DNA of 24,000 bases from Desertihabitans brevis (GTDB lineage Bacteria; Actinomycetota; Actinomycetes; Propionibacteriales; Propionibacteriaceae). Shown here piece after piece: positions 23,541 through 24,000 of the stretch. Each line of letters begins with the position of its first letter. The stretch's first letter is position 1. Made by a program: the position numbers and the translations under genes. The notes beneath the pieces are model-generated. The model did not search any database. It was not told where the DNA came from and was given only the letters and a program-made list of their open reading frames with translations. The stretch covers positions 381,397 through 405,396 of the forward strand of contig NZ_QOUI01000002.1 in the NCBI RefSeq assembly GCF_003327535.1, given 5' to 3'.

Positions 23541-24000
23541 GTGGGACTGTTCGACCGCATCTTCCGCCGCCCGACCGCCCCCTCGACCGACCAGCCCGAC
23601 GCACCGTCCGAGCCGGCGCCCGCGGCTGCCGACGCGGCCCCGGCCGGACCGCCGGACGGCGGAGCGCCGGAGGCAGCGGGTCCGAGCCACGACAACCCGC
23701 ACACCGCCGCCGTCCAGCGCGCCGTCGACGCCTACTGGGACGGGATCGGCGTGAGCGACACCGACCGGATCAGCTACCTGCTCAACCCGATGTTCACCGG
23801 CGCACCGCGCTGGCCCGGCATCCGGCAGAGCTACCGGGTGGTGCGCACGCCGCAGACGCTGGTGCTGGCCTCCGACGGGCTCTCCGACCCCGACGTCGAC
23901 ACCGACGAGGCGACCCCCGGCGTCGGCTGCGAGGTGTTCCTGGAGACCCCGGACCTGGTCGGTGCCGAGTTCGCCGAGCTGCGGGCCAGCTGGCAGTTCA
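23541..24000 (+). CDS. Hypothetical protein, partial (runs off the right edge)
   Basis: Open frame from GTG 23541 to the window end with high GC3: VGLFDRIFRRPTAPSTDQPDAPSEPAPAAADAAPAGPP...AVQRAVDAYWDGIGVSDTDRISYLLNPMFTG...LVLASDGLSDP. Not in the ORF track because it is unterminated. Pro/Ala-rich N-terminal linker. Confidence 0.6.
   Translation, partial: MGLFDRIFRRPTAPSTDQPDAPSEPAPAAADAAPAGPPDGGAPEAAGPSHDNPHTAAVQRAVDAYWDGIGVSDTDRISYLLNPMFTGAPRWPGIRQSYRVVRTPQTLVLASDGLSDPDVDTDEATPGVGCEVFLETPDLVGAEFAELRASWQF

Overview
High-GC actinobacterial chromosome segment (third codon positions are almost all G/C; many long mirror ORFs on the antisense strand are artefacts). The backbone is the conserved Actinomycetota housekeeping synteny: pth, rplY/ctc, prs and glmU (minus strand), a tRNA, a TetR gene, then ispE, rsmA(ksgA) and rpfB, then tatD and rsmI, with pmt divergent. 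This is the same order as the M. tuberculosis Rv1014c-Rv1002c neighbourhood. Three parts are not backbone. (1) A degenerate ~50-bp tandem minisatellite at the left edge. (2) About 6 kb between rpfB and tatD, holding a MerR plus two P-loop small-molecule-kinase-like genes, a VOC gene, a GNAT, a DinB-like gene, an apparently intact retropepsin-like gene, and several gene fragments (DinB/DUF664, a second retropepsin-like copy, a TetR C-terminus, and an unassigned remnant). (3) A tightly coupled minus-strand cluster at 19.7-23.4 kb: a molybdopterin oxidoreductase that has lost all four N-terminal Fe-S cysteines, a 161-aa His-rich helical protein of unknown family, a small frameshifted membrane protein, and an 18-Cys four-helix-bundle copper-storage-like protein preceded by structured palindromes. 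I rate cluster (3) and the MerR/kinase module as the best candidates for uncharacterised biology. No integrase, transposase, CRISPR array or recognisable defence system is visible. All homology statements rest on motif recognition by eye, not on database searches.
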